From a virus, in the IMG/VR virus record IMGVR_UViG_3300023172_000016, positions 26,914 to 90,913 of that record: a stretch of DNA of 64,000 bases, one strand, 5' to 3'. The notes below the pieces were generated by a model. That model had not been told where the DNA came from. It was given only the letters and a program-made list of their open reading frames with translations, and did no database searches. Positions 38,829 through 47,906 of this stretch are shown here, piece by piece. The translations under genes and the position numbers were made by a program. Numbering within the stretch: position 1 is the stretch's first letter; each line of letters starts with the position of its first letter.

Positions 38829-40241
38829 CTATGTTAATTTTTTCAATTGTTTCTCCAACCCATCAATTTCTATCTGTAACTCAAGCATTCTCTTTTTGGT
38901 TGCTTTTCGTTTTGAGTATAAATCCTTAATTATTGTCTTGAGGATTGGACTTTCTTCATCGCCTCCAAAGAGAGCAGTGGAAGATGTTTTAACCCAGCCT
39001 TCCTTAGCTTCTCCAACATCCTTACCTAGTTTCCCTTTGTAAACCTCAGGGGAAATTCCCCATTGTACAATTGTGTTAGGATATAGCGAGGCAAAGTCAT
39101 AACAAGCAACCCATTCGTGAAGTCCCTTAATAGGTTCTTTAACATATCCACCAATGAACTTAACATGACTTTCTTCCTTCCTCTCATTTACAAACACTTG
39201 GTTTCTTTCAAGAAACTTCTTCAGCATCATAACTTCAGTAGCCCAAACGGGGGAAAGTGCCCTGCTGATCTCAACCCTATTTAAATTTGCGATTTTAAAA
39301 TAGGTTAGAAGAGTTTTAAGCTTGACATCTATATAATGGACTAGAGCACAGTCAATAACGTTGTAGAGTATGAATTTTGGAAAGTCAGACTGGTAAAGGT
39401 CCCTTAAAGAACCATCATATACAATCTTCTTTAATCCTGTAGCCTTCTCTGCTACATAGTCCAATCTATTGCTCTCCTTGATCTTAATTACGCGGTCCCA
39501 TTTTTTATAAATCTCCAGGTAATCGACCATTAATAGGTGCATTGGTAAATTATTTTTTCCAATAAGCCAATTGGCAGGAGATATAATCTTAGGGTCAATA
39601 CCTAGTCTCTTAGCACGATTGACAAGATAAGGCCAGTCATATCCAAACCAGTTCCATCCGGTAATCAATGGCATTTTAGGGGCCAACTTCTTAAAGAATG
39701 TGTAAAGCATGTCATATTCAGACTCGAATTGGTGGTATTTGAAAGACCACTCATCACCCATTGGTTCTAGGTATTCATTGGTTTTCTTATGAATGTCCGC
39801 TTGTTCTTTAGCACTTAATGGATCAAGACCTAGAATTATAGACTTACACTTATCTGTAGCAATACCAATTGATAGTACTTTATTCTTTGCATTTGCAGTA
39901 TCGAGAGAATCTCCCATTTCGTCGGTCATCTCAACCTCAATATCCACGAAGTACTTTTTAGGGATTTGGAAATCCCAAAGAGACTTGGTTAATTCTGGGT
40001 CTGCTTCTTCCAGAATTTGTACCATACGATATTTGTCATACTTCTGGGTCTTTACCTTTCTCACTGACATTCCATCCCACGATTCCCAGTCTTGCTCCCT
40101 CCTTCGGTCATTTGGAGAGCATTTTTCCCATATAAATCTTTCACTTTCGGGTACCGGAACATCGACAAAAATCAAATCACCGTCTTCAGAATATGATGAT
40201 ACCTTTAAGTAAGTTCCTTTATTTTCTATGTCTACTATCAT
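38829..40241 (-). CDS. DNA polymerase family B, N-terminal half (exonuclease + motif A; gp43A-like)
   Basis: VDIEV, GWNWFGYDW, YNVID, YDFASLYP; start reassigned to MIVDIENK. Confidence 0.9.
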   Translation of the reverse strand: MIVDIENKGTYLKVSSYSEDGDLIFVDVPVPESERFIWEKCSPNDRRREQDWESWDGMSVRKVKTQKYDKYRMVQILEEADPELTKSLWDFQIPKKYFVDIEVEMTDEMGDSLDTANAKNKVLSIGIATDKCKSIILGLDPLSAKEQADIHKKTNEYLEPMGDEWSFKYHQFESEYDMLYTFFKKLAPKMPLITGWNWFGYDWPYLVNRAKRLGIDPKIISPANWLIGKNNLPMHLLMVDYLEIYKKWDRVIKIKESNRLDYVAEKATGLKKIVYDGSLRDLYQSDFPKFILYNVIDCALVHYIDVKLKTLLTYFKIANLNRVEISRALSPVWATEVMMLKKFLERNQVFVNERKEESHVKFIGGYVKEPIKGLHEWVACYDFASLYPNTIVQWGISPEVYKGKLGKDVGEAKEGWVKTSSTALFGGDEESPILKTIIKDLYSKRKATKKRMLELQIEIDGLEKQLKKLT

Positions 40242-40301
40242 GGAATAAAATTTGAGAGATATCAATGTGGTGGATACCAGGAAGATATATACAACATACT
40301 T

Positions 40302-40622
40302 ATGGAAGGCAGAGTCAAAAGTTTCGAGAATTTCCTTAATGAATATTACATTTCCGCAGCCCCTGGAAGTGTGGTTGTACCTGGCGAATGGTACAAGGAT
40401 AATGTTAATTCTAGAAACTACAGACCAGCATATACACAAACCCCACAAGTAGTGGATGCTATGTTCCAAAGTACAGATCTTTACAACTACCTAGACACCC
40501 TGGCGGAAGAGGATGAATTCAACGAAATGGTTAAAAGAGGGGAAGCTCCAAAAGAGGTGATTAAGTATGTTAAAAAAAGAATTCACGAGGAGCTTTCAGC
40601 TAACGCTAAAACCTCCGAATAG
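40302..40622 (+). CDS. hypothetical protein (possible internal virion protein)
   Basis: MEGRVKSFENFLNE; GATATATA at 40284. Confidence 0.7.
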   Translation: MEGRVKSFENFLNEYYISAAPGSVVVPGEWYKDNVNSRNYRPAYTQTPQVVDAMFQSTDLYNYLDTLAEEDEFNEMVKRGEAPKEVIKYVKKRIHEELSANAKTSE

Positions 40623-40642
40623 AAAAATATCTGTGGACTATT

Positions 40643-41338
40643 TTGGATATAGTAAAACATCAACTCTTAGAAGGGGCTTATTACCAACAGCAGCATCCTA
40701 AGGATTCTATCTTCCTTCATGACTCCGGTGGACACTTTAGACCCGATTGGCTTATAGAATCTTGGGGAAGAGATAGGAAAAATTCAACTAACAAGATAAG
40801 AGCAGCCTCCGCATATGTAATAGGAGGTTTGGATCCAAGTGGAAGGGGCGACAAACAATATGATGGTGTTGTTTATAAAGCCTTTGAAGACGATATGTGG
40901 TCACACCATCTTTTTGTCAAGTCCAAGAGCAACACCTTTATGAATCAAAAAAGCATTGGTATAGAAATTTGCAACTACGGTCCTTTAATTAAAACGGATA
41001 GTGGGGATTTTTATACACACACAAACATAAAGGTTGATAAAAACCAGACTATTGAATTAGAATCCCCATTCAGAGGAAATCGATACTATCACGCATATAC
41101 ACCAGCACAAATAGATTCACTTAAGAATCTGCTTCTTAAACTTGCAAAGTATTATGAGATTAACCTTAAAAGAGGCTTACAAAAAGAGATTTCTAAATTT
41201 GGTGTTTATGGTGGGTTTGAGCTTTCAGATGATGCATTAAAAGGTGGACAAGGAGTTTGGTCTCACACTAATGTCAGAGTGGATAAATCCGGTAGTTTTC
41301 CACATCCAGATTTAGTTAGAATTATCCAATCCTTCTAA
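40643..41338 (+). CDS. N-acetylmuramoyl-L-alanine amidase (Amidase_2-like)
   Basis: IFLHDS, SIGIEICN, YTPAQI, SHTNVRVDK. Confidence 0.8.
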   Translation: MDIVKHQLLEGAYYQQQHPKDSIFLHDSGGHFRPDWLIESWGRDRKNSTNKIRAASAYVIGGLDPSGRGDKQYDGVVYKAFEDDMWSHHLFVKSKSNTFMNQKSIGIEICNYGPLIKTDSGDFYTHTNIKVDKNQTIELESPFRGNRYYHAYTPAQIDSLKNLLLKLAKYYEINLKRGLQKEISKFGVYGGFELSDDALKGGQGVWSHTNVRVDKSGSFPHPDLVRIIQSF

Positions 41339-41701
41339 ATACATTCTTAATTTTTTATCCGATGGGGTGAAGTTAGTTTTTCCATCCACAAATATGTCCC
41401 AAGATTCCTTTCCATATTTTCCAATCCCCGGAAGATCTTCGACTTTTTCAAACCCCTCTACCCACTTTTGACTCATAGCTATTATTCTTTTGGATTTTAT
41501 GTTACCAAACCCTGTGGATCTAATGATCGGATAGATCTCTGAAGGATCCATTGATGAGCAAAACTCCGGGGATTTTATTTTGGAAAACACATTAGGTAGG
41601 ATTGCTCTTACTTGCTGATTAGTAGTCTGGTTTAATAGAATACAGGAAACAGACATTTTCCAAGGGCTGTCTAGATAATCTTCCTGTATAAGCCTCTCCA
41701 T
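41312..41701 (-). CDS. MBD4-like HhH-GPD DNA glycosylase
   Basis: LIQE...PWK...CILLNQT, LPGIGKYG, DKKL. Confidence 0.8.
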   Translation of the reverse strand: MERLIQEDYLDSPWKMSVSCILLNQTTNQQVRAILPNVFSKIKSPEFCSSMDPSEIYPIIRSTGFGNIKSKRIIAMSQKWVEGFEKVEDLPGIGKYGKESWDIFVDGKTNFTPSDKKLRMYLEGLDNSN

Positions 41702-41934
41702 TAGCTTCTTCTTAAGGTAGCAAGGTAGCTGTTAATCTTCTTATCAAATTTGGTTGCTGTTTCACCATAGCCCTCTCCCATTATCGAGGAGAGTTTTGCA
41801 ACAACAGATCTTCTATCGAGAATCATTTGATATTCCGGATCCTTTTCTTTTTTCAGAATCTCGGAAGCAATCTCTTTTGCAAATCGGTCAAACATTTCTT
41901 TTTCTCTGGACATAGCGTAAATAATAAAGCTCAA
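41701..41934 (-). CDS. hypothetical protein
   Basis: 77-aa ORF; true start probably MSREKE. Confidence 0.55.
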   Translation of the reverse strand: MSFIIYAMSREKEMFDRFAKEIASEILKKEKDPEYQMILDRRSVVAKLSSIMGEGYGETATKFDKKINSYLATLRRS

Positions 41935-41985
41935 TCTTTTTGTGATCGAGCTTTATTACTGTTAAATCTAAGGAAAATTTCGGAA

Positions 41986-42342
41986 TTAAGAGATCTTAAT
42001 TTTCTTAGGGAGAGATTCTTTCTTCTTTTGGAGGGAAATCGATAATACTCCCTCCTTAATTTTGGCCTTAATGGAATTGCTATCGATGTATGCTGGGAGG
42101 TTAAACTTCTTAGTAAAGTCATCAGTCCAATAAGACTCGTTATCTTCCCCTTTAATGACAAGGTGATTTCCCTCTACCTCAACAGAAATATCATTTAGGG
42201 TAAATCCGGGTACTGGGATCTCTAAGAATAGGTTACCATCTTTTTCATCTACAAAATAATTTCTGCTTTGTACAACGGGATTTGTATTGCGAAAAATTCT
42301 TTCCATCATTTCTAGTGGGCTGTAAAAAGTTGTTCCGTTCAT
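41986..42342 (-). CDS. small heat shock protein (Hsp20)
   Basis: VPGF..., FTKKFNLP, IKAKIKEGVL, PKKIKI. Confidence 0.9.
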   Translation of the reverse strand: MNGTTFYSPLEMMERIFRNTNPVVQSRNYFVDEKDGNLFLEIPVPGFTLNDISVEVEGNHLVIKGEDNESYWTDDFTKKFNLPAYIDSNSIKAKIKEGVLSISLQKKKESLPKKIKIS

Positions 42343-42397
42343 GATTTTGTTTTTTCAGCATACAGTTCAAATCCTATTCCAATACTAAAAAACAAAG

Positions 42398-42422
42398 AAA
42401 AAGGTGCCTTTTCGGCACCTTT
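42398..42422 (-). terminator. intrinsic terminator
   Basis: AAAGGTGCC-GAAA-AGGCACCTTT plus T run. Confidence 0.7.
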
Positions 42423-42447
42423 CAGTATTAACTTATGTCGTTTTGTC

Positions 42448-42939
42448 TTATTTCTGCAAAGACTTCATCATTGCTTTGAAATCGTCAAATGTTTTTACGA
42501 GTCTTTCCTTCTTCTTTTTCTTCTTATTACCCTTTCTAGCTGCTTGGGTCCCAACAGTTAAAGATGGGAATTTGTCGCCAGATCCAACTGCACCATCGTA
42601 AAAGTCGGCATTAGTACCGCCTGCTGCAGGTGCTGTAACGTTACCCATACCTTGAGTAGTTCCCAGAGTTGCAAATGCTCCTCCTCCCATATCTCCTGCA
42701 GGGGCACCACCATCCATCTCTTGGAGATCATATCCTTCGCAGCCGCAGCTTTTCATTTTTTCATCCATTTGCCATTTCTCAACACAGTAGTCGTTTTCGT
42801 CCAGCCACTCCTTGATTTTTACCTCGATAGCATCAGGGGTTTCTTGTTCCTCCATGATAGGTACACCGGTTTCACAACACATGCAAACCAAGGTTCTACC
42901 TTTTGTTGAATTTCCAGTTGGATAATACATTGAATCCAT
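42448..42939 (-). CDS. hypothetical protein
   Basis: Gly-rich; C-terminal LVKTFDDFK. Confidence 0.65.
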   Translation of the reverse strand: MDSMYYPTGNSTKGRTLVCMCCETGVPIMEEQETPDAIEVKIKEWLDENDYCVEKWQMDEKMKSCGCEGYDLQEMDGGAPAGDMGGGAFATLGTTQGMGNVTAPAAGGTNADFYDGAVGSGDKFPSLTVGTQAARKGNKKKKKKERLVKTFDDFKAMMKSLQK

Positions 42940-42941
42940 TA

Positions 42942-43172
42942 TTATTCTAATATTTTTTGAACATTCTTAGCAAATATGCGCAAAGAGTTGCCATCTTCGT
43001 TCTTAACCGTGTAGCCAACAACGTCCTTATATGCATCATAAATTGGTGAGGTAACTAAAAGCTTATTGTCACTTGTGTCAAGAATAAACTTTCCAGTTAG
43101 ATCGTCATATTGTTTTTTTGTTTGAGCATCTTTTTGTGATACTCCTGCCTTTTTATTACATCCACATCCCAT
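42942..43172 (-). CDS. hypothetical protein
   Basis: MGCGCNKK N-terminus. Confidence 0.6.
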   Translation of the reverse strand: MGCGCNKKAGVSQKDAQTKKQYDDLTGKFILDTSDNKLLVTSPIYDAYKDVVGYTVKNEDGNSLRIFAKNVQKILE

Positions 43173-43202
43173 TTGTTTGCTGTTTTGCTGTTCTTATTCT
43201 AT

Positions 43203-43634
43203 TTATCTGTAGTCATCTTTTAATTCCTTTCTTCTTAGATAGTTGAAAAGGTATCTTAAGGCTTTTTTGTATTCCTTGCTGTTTCTAAAGGGATTTGGAT
43301 AAGTTCTGATAGTATTGCCTTGCCCCTCTGGGGTTTCAGAGGATTCTACTGGATTATATCTTCTTACCACACCGGTTGGGTGAATAGTATAAAAGACGTC
43401 TGCATATCCCTTAACTTCCGGCTGTTTTTTTCTTCTAAACTTGAGAGTATTGTTAAGTTCCTGTTGATCTGATGTTTCTTCAGCAAATCCCAGATCAATG
43501 ATATCCCTATAGGCATCAGACTTTCTAATGCTATCTAGATCAATGTTCCTTCTCTCATCTTCGAGATATTCGGATCTAGGATCATACCTACCAAACTCAA
43601 ACAGGTTTATCATTTCTTCTGTTCCTTTATCCAA
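43203..43634 (-). CDS. hypothetical protein
   Basis: 143-aa ORF. Confidence 0.6.
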   Translation of the reverse strand: MDKGTEEMINLFEFGRYDPRSEYLEDERRNIDLDSIRKSDAYRDIIDLGFAEETSDQQELNNTLKFRRKKQPEVKGYADVFYTIHPTGVVRRYNPVESSETPEGQGNTIRTYPNPFRNSKEYKKALRYLFNYLRRKELKDDYR

Positions 43635-44068
43635 TCCCTGTAATCCTTTAGATTTTCAAGGTTCTTTTTACCAGCCTTTGATTTTTTAGAATCTGGGTTA
43701 AGGTATGGTATGATTGGCTTGATGTCTCCACCAAAACTCATCCTTGGGGAAATTGATGGAAGACCCTTAGAGTCAACAACACCAGTGTTAACTGCAATTT
43801 CTCCCTGGATAGCGCCTCCATCTTCGTTTATTGGTTTGCCATCTTTAACAATCTCAGGTAAATCCTTTGATTTGGTTTTTGCAAATTTCTTAAGTTCCTT
43901 ATCCGACATAGGGGGAACAAATTTTCCATCCTTATCCTTATATCCAAAAGCTATCTTTTCGATCTCCTCACGATACTTAGGATCAATATCAGAAGCTTTT
44001 AACTCGTCTTGTCTAAGAGCCCAAGCTTGACCCATTATTGCTTGCTGTGCTTTACTTACTGAAGGCAT
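43610..44068 (-). CDS. hypothetical protein (DUF3008-like)
   Basis: MPSVSKAQQ...MSDKELKKFAKTKSKDLPE. Confidence 0.6.
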   Translation of the reverse strand: MPSVSKAQQAIMGQAWALRQDELKASDIDPKYREEIEKIAFGYKDKDGKFVPPMSDKELKKFAKTKSKDLPEIVKDGKPINEDGGAIQGEIAVNTGVVDSKGLPSISPRMSFGGDIKPIIPYLNPDSKKSKAGKKNLENLKDYRDWIKEQKK

Positions 44069-44070
44069 GA

Positions 44071-44418
44071 TTACAAATTATATTTTTCAAAGGGAATAAT
44101 GATCTTCATACCTTCCTCAATCTTCTTAAGTTTGGTATCCTTAATATTCTTACCTGAAGAAACACCACCCTCCATTTTCTCAGAATCCTCCTGCAAATAG
44201 AGACCTTTCATTTTCTTCTTGATCTCCTCGGGAGACATTGGCTTGGCATTTAATTCCCAGTTAGCAGCAGGATTAATTATTTTCTTCTTTTTCTTTTTCC
44301 AATCTGGATAAGTCCAAAGCCATCTATTATAACCCTTCCCAACTATTTCAAACCCCTTATCGCCAGGTTGTATGGCTATGGGTGACTGCGGGGGAATATA
44401 ACTGCCAGTTTTTGCCAT
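44071..44418 (-). CDS. hypothetical protein
   Basis: 115-aa ORF. Confidence 0.55.
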   Translation of the reverse strand: MAKTGSYIPPQSPIAIQPGDKGFEIVGKGYNRWLWTYPDWKKKKKKIINPAANWELNAKPMSPEEIKKKMKGLYLQEDSEKMEGGVSSGKNIKDTKLKKIEEGMKIIIPFEKYNL

Positions 44419-44624
44419 TAGTCTATAACTGCTTCTATTTTGGATTTTGAAATTTGAGTGGTCTCAAAAAATCCAGTGGTTCCTTCTAAGAACTCTGCTA
44501 CTTTAGTCTCAACTTCCAAAACAGATTCTGCTGCTACTAGAAATTCAGACTTGTGAATTACTGGGTCACCGTTTCTTTTTGTTTCGGTTGACTCAAAGTT
44601 TACTTTTGCTACGTAGTATCCCAT
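44418..44624 (-). CDS. hypothetical protein (DUF4494-like)
   Basis: YYVAKV...EFLVAAESVLEVE...SKIEAVI. Confidence 0.6.
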   Translation of the reverse strand: MGYYVAKVNFESTETKRNGDPVIHKSEFLVAAESVLEVETKVAEFLEGTTGFFETTQISKSKIEAVID

Positions 44625-44686
44625 TGTATATAAATTTACTGTTTATATATCACCTTTTGTAAATTATTCCATCCCACAAGAAACAG

Positions 44687-44710
44687 AAAAGGCAGCCGGG
44701 AGGGCTGCCT
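44687..44710 (-). terminator. intrinsic terminator
   Basis: AGGCAGCC-CTCCC-GGCTGCCT-TTT. Confidence 0.7.
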
Positions 44711-44735
44711 AATATCTGTTTGTAATTGGGTTCTC

Positions 44736-44912
44736 TTAAGAGTTGTTCTTCATCTCTTGAACATCCAACCTTACTTGCTGAGCTAGTTTTTTAACTTCTT
44801 GCATAGCTTGACGAACTCTAGTTCCTGCAGCTTTATTGCCTTTCTCAACAAACTTTGCTACGTCAGCTTCTGCAGCTTCCATAACGGCTTTAATCTGGTC
44901 AAAATTTTCCAT
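44736..44912 (-). CDS. histone H1-like protein, Hc1 family (58 aa)
   Basis: Manual translation MENFDQIKAVMEAAEADVAKFVEKGNKAAGTRVRQAMQEVKKLAQQVRLDVQEMKNNS; KGNKAAGTR signature. Confidence 0.85.
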   Translation of the reverse strand: MENFDQIKAVMEAAEADVAKFVEKGNKAAGTRVRQAMQEVKKLAQQVRLDVQEMKNNS

Positions 44913-44969
44913 AATTGATTTAATTTTCCTTATTTATACTTGGGTTAGAAATAAATGTTTCGATCTACA

Positions 44970-45509
44970 TTATCTACTGATGATGAAAGTCCCTTTATGA
45001 GATCCCTCTTGCATTGACCATTCAGGTCCGAGGAATGAAAGTAAAACGGATTTTAGCATTTCCTCATAGTTTTCAATCTCGATATTATCTTGCATTTCGT
45101 CAAATATACGAATTACTTTAGAATTCTTCTCGAGATAATTTAAAAGGGCCTTAGATATTTGCTCCAAAAATCTACTGAGATCATTATCCCTCAGGGTAAA
45201 CTTTTGGTCATTTAAATCTGGGACCTCCGACTTCTTTATAGCTATATCTTCTATGATCTCAGGAGCAATCTCGTTTATGTTTAGGACTGCATAAGAGTTT
45301 TTTGGACCCTCCATAGATTCATATTTGGAATACTTACCAACTACCAACATAAATCCTTTTTGAGCTCCATTTTCCAATTCAAGCTGAAATAGGTAATTGT
45401 AGATATCACCATCTTTTATCAGGAGAAATGGGAAAGTACCAAACCCGTCACCCTCATTAACCGGATTGGATTTTAAAAAGTCTGAGAAATTCTGTATTCT
45501 TTTTTCCAC
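44970..45509 (-). CDS. hypothetical protein (possible internal virion protein)
   Basis: IQNFSDFLKS...VNE; GATATATA upstream. Confidence 0.65.
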   Translation of the reverse strand: MEKRIQNFSDFLKSNPVNEGDGFGTFPFLLIKDGDIYNYLFQLELENGAQKGFMLVVGKYSKYESMEGPKNSYAVLNINEIAPEIIEDIAIKKSEVPDLNDQKFTLRDNDLSRFLEQISKALLNYLEKNSKVIRIFDEMQDNIEIENYEEMLKSVLLSFLGPEWSMQEGSHKGTFIISR

Positions 45510-45534
45510 CTTACAAATTGTATTTTTTTATATA

Positions 45535-47451
45535 TCAGTCCCGTACCTTCGTAATAAGGTCGTTGTAGAGATTTGATACCTCTTGTGGAACCATCTTTTT
45601 AAACTTTGAAAAGTCTTGGTCTTTAATGGCTTGTCTTACATCAGTACCACTTGTTACCCTTGGTGTTTCCACAATTTCTAGCTCGTCGCTAATCTTGTCT
45701 TTTATATCAGACATCTTGATATAGTCAATCTGCTTGGTATAGTCATCTTTTCTGTCTGGACCAGCACCAATTAGCCTTGGGTCATATCCCATATCGATTA
45801 GCTTTGATATAGCAGATCCTAAAAGACCCCTGTTTACCATCATATATCCCTCTATCTCCTCGTTGTTTGATACGATGGAATCCATATACATTTTTATGGA
45901 ATCGTTGTCAAATGGGGATTTTCCTGACTTATTGTGGCCTGGATAAACCACAACTACATAAGAAGGTAGATCGTTCTTTTCCTTAAGGGCTTTAGCCATT
46001 TTCAGATGCCCATGATGGAAAGGCTGGAATCTACCCATAATAACATTAACCGGCTTTCTTTCGTCAGAGACATCTTCTTGCAGTATATCTACTTCCTCTG
46101 GAATTTCCTCATTATCAATTGTCTCTAATTTGGAGATAAATTCTTGGTAAGAAACTAGTGGATCATCAGAAGTTTCAAATTCTTCATCCTCCTCCTGAAT
46201 ATAATCTACAGATGGAGACATTTCCCTTCTAAAGTCACCAAAGCTTATGAACTTTGATTCGTTCACATTTTTAGCAGGACGCTTAATGTAATCCTTAATG
46301 TCCTTGATCAGCAAATTAATTTGATCCTTCATACCAGAAGTTATAATACCGCCAGCTCTTGTCTTGATTTTTCTAAAAGAGTTAAGTATCAACTTGAATA
46401 AAGATTCAAACGAATCGTCTTTCTCAATGTATTTAAGAACCCTCCTGTCCTTAATCTTATCACGATTTAGTCTGAACTCGTCTCTCTTTAGATATTCAGG
46501 TTCGTCAAAATCAGTTCCTCTATATTTCTCTGCATATTCATCAAGGAATTTCACAAATACATCGCTCATAAACGAAATATATCTCTCATCCTCTGAATCT
46601 CCGTTAACTTCAAACTCAGATAATCCTTTTTCTAAAATGAAGTTCATAACGTCCATCACAGTTATACCAAGAAAGTCTGAAGGCTTTTTACTCTTCCTAT
46701 CAGCAAACTTTTGTTTTGCAATCTCAGTAAAGATAGGGTCGACCATTTTTGCAAGGACAGTATCGCTATCACCCTCAAGATCACCAAATCTGAAAACTAT
46801 ACCCTCTACATCTTTATCAAGATCATCATTCAGAGCAGTTTTCTTTAGGTCTGGGTTAAGAGTCTTTATGATAAACCTAACAAAGGATTGTGTTTTAAAT
46901 CTTTCAACAAGCTCTTTAAATGGAGTATTCAAAAAATCCAAAAGCTCGGATTTTTGGTCCTCACTTAATACCCCTTGAAATACAATAGGTGGTTTTTCAA
47001 CACCCAGAAGATCTGCCCAGTTATCTAGCTCCTCCTTATCTTGGATAGTACTAATAATCTTACCGTCATCACCCATTTTGTGGATATAAGAAAGAATAAG
47101 ATTATTCTTAGGAAGTCTATCATAAACAATCTCAACAGGCTTGTTGTTAGCAAAATACTCTAATCCAAATCTCCACCCTCTCGGAACCTTTTCAAGTATG
47201 TGGGGTGGCAAAGACTCTACATATTGAATTGGTTTTTCATAGTACTTCATCAAAGTCCTATCAACCAATGTAATTGGGTTCCTTTGATCTCTTCTATAAA
47301 ACTTAAAGTTTCCGGTTTCCTTGTCTCTCTCAAAAGAGAAAGCAGACCCGTCCATCTTCTCGTTTATTGTTACGAACTGATTGAAAAGCTGACCAACAAA
47401 GTCAGACCCTTTCTTGTTATAAATGTCGTATAAATGATTGATTCCTGCCAT
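45535..47451 (-). CDS. ligase-like (EKxDG) domain fused to a HIGH-family nucleotidyltransferase
   Basis: NEKMDGS and VEGIVF in the N-terminal half; GRFQPFHHGH...SGTDVR in the C-terminal domain. Confidence 0.7.
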   Translation of the reverse strand: MAGINHLYDIYNKKGSDFVGQLFNQFVTINEKMDGSAFSFERDKETGNFKFYRRDQRNPITLVDRTLMKYYEKPIQYVESLPPHILEKVPRGWRFGLEYFANNKPVEIVYDRLPKNNLILSYIHKMGDDGKIISTIQDKEELDNWADLLGVEKPPIVFQGVLSEDQKSELLDFLNTPFKELVERFKTQSFVRFIIKTLNPDLKKTALNDDLDKDVEGIVFRFGDLEGDSDTVLAKMVDPIFTEIAKQKFADRKSKKPSDFLGITVMDVMNFILEKGLSEFEVNGDSEDERYISFMSDVFVKFLDEYAEKYRGTDFDEPEYLKRDEFRLNRDKIKDRRVLKYIEKDDSFESLFKLILNSFRKIKTRAGGIITSGMKDQINLLIKDIKDYIKRPAKNVNESKFISFGDFRREMSPSVDYIQEEDEEFETSDDPLVSYQEFISKLETIDNEEIPEEVDILQEDVSDERKPVNVIMGRFQPFHHGHLKMAKALKEKNDLPSYVVVVYPGHNKSGKSPFDNDSIKMYMDSIVSNNEEIEGYMMVNRGLLGSAISKLIDMGYDPRLIGAGPDRKDDYTKQIDYIKMSDIKDKISDELEIVETPRVTSGTDVRQAIKDQDFSKFKKMVPQEVSNLYNDLITKVRD

Positions 47452-47453
47452 CC

Positions 47454-47906
47454 TTAATTCAATAGAATTTTTATGTTCCCAATATCATCCGTCTTCTTAA
47501 TCAAAACAGGGCCCAACTGGACATCAACACCAACTGAAACCTTCTGATCAACAATAAGTTTTGCTAATCCTCTTATGATAGTTTCTATAAGAATTTTCGA
47601 TTTATCTTGTAATTCCATTTGATGTATTATAGCCAAATTTTCTAAAAGAGATTCGACCTCTGGGACATCATCCTGGTAATCTATAAGTTCGTAAACCTCC
47701 TTTTCTATTGTGTAATATGGCTCACCTTCTAGAAAAACTGTAGCACTACCATTTTCCTCTTGGGATATAGCCCCATTTATTCCAAGTACAGTAATAAATG
47801 AGATATTCCCGTCATCCTCCCTAGCAACAACAGAAGGCGAATCTTTATCTAAAAAAACCTCCAATGCTCCGTAAACTAGGTCGTTATGTTTTTTTGTAAA
47901 TTCCAT
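47454..47906 (-). CDS. hypothetical protein
   Basis: 150-aa ORF. Confidence 0.6.
   Translation of the reverse strand: MEFTKKHNDLVYGALEVFLDKDSPSVVAREDDGNISFITVLGINGAISQEENGSATVFLEGEPYYTIEKEVYELIDYQDDVPEVESLLENLAIIHQMELQDKSKILIETIIRGLAKLIVDQKVSVGVDVQLGPVLIKKTDDIGNIKILLN

Noticed and set aside
40242-40469. 75-aa N-terminal extension of the polymerase ORF in the track
   Set aside because: It overlaps the divergent 40302 gene and its promoter motif; the ATG at 40241 is more plausible.
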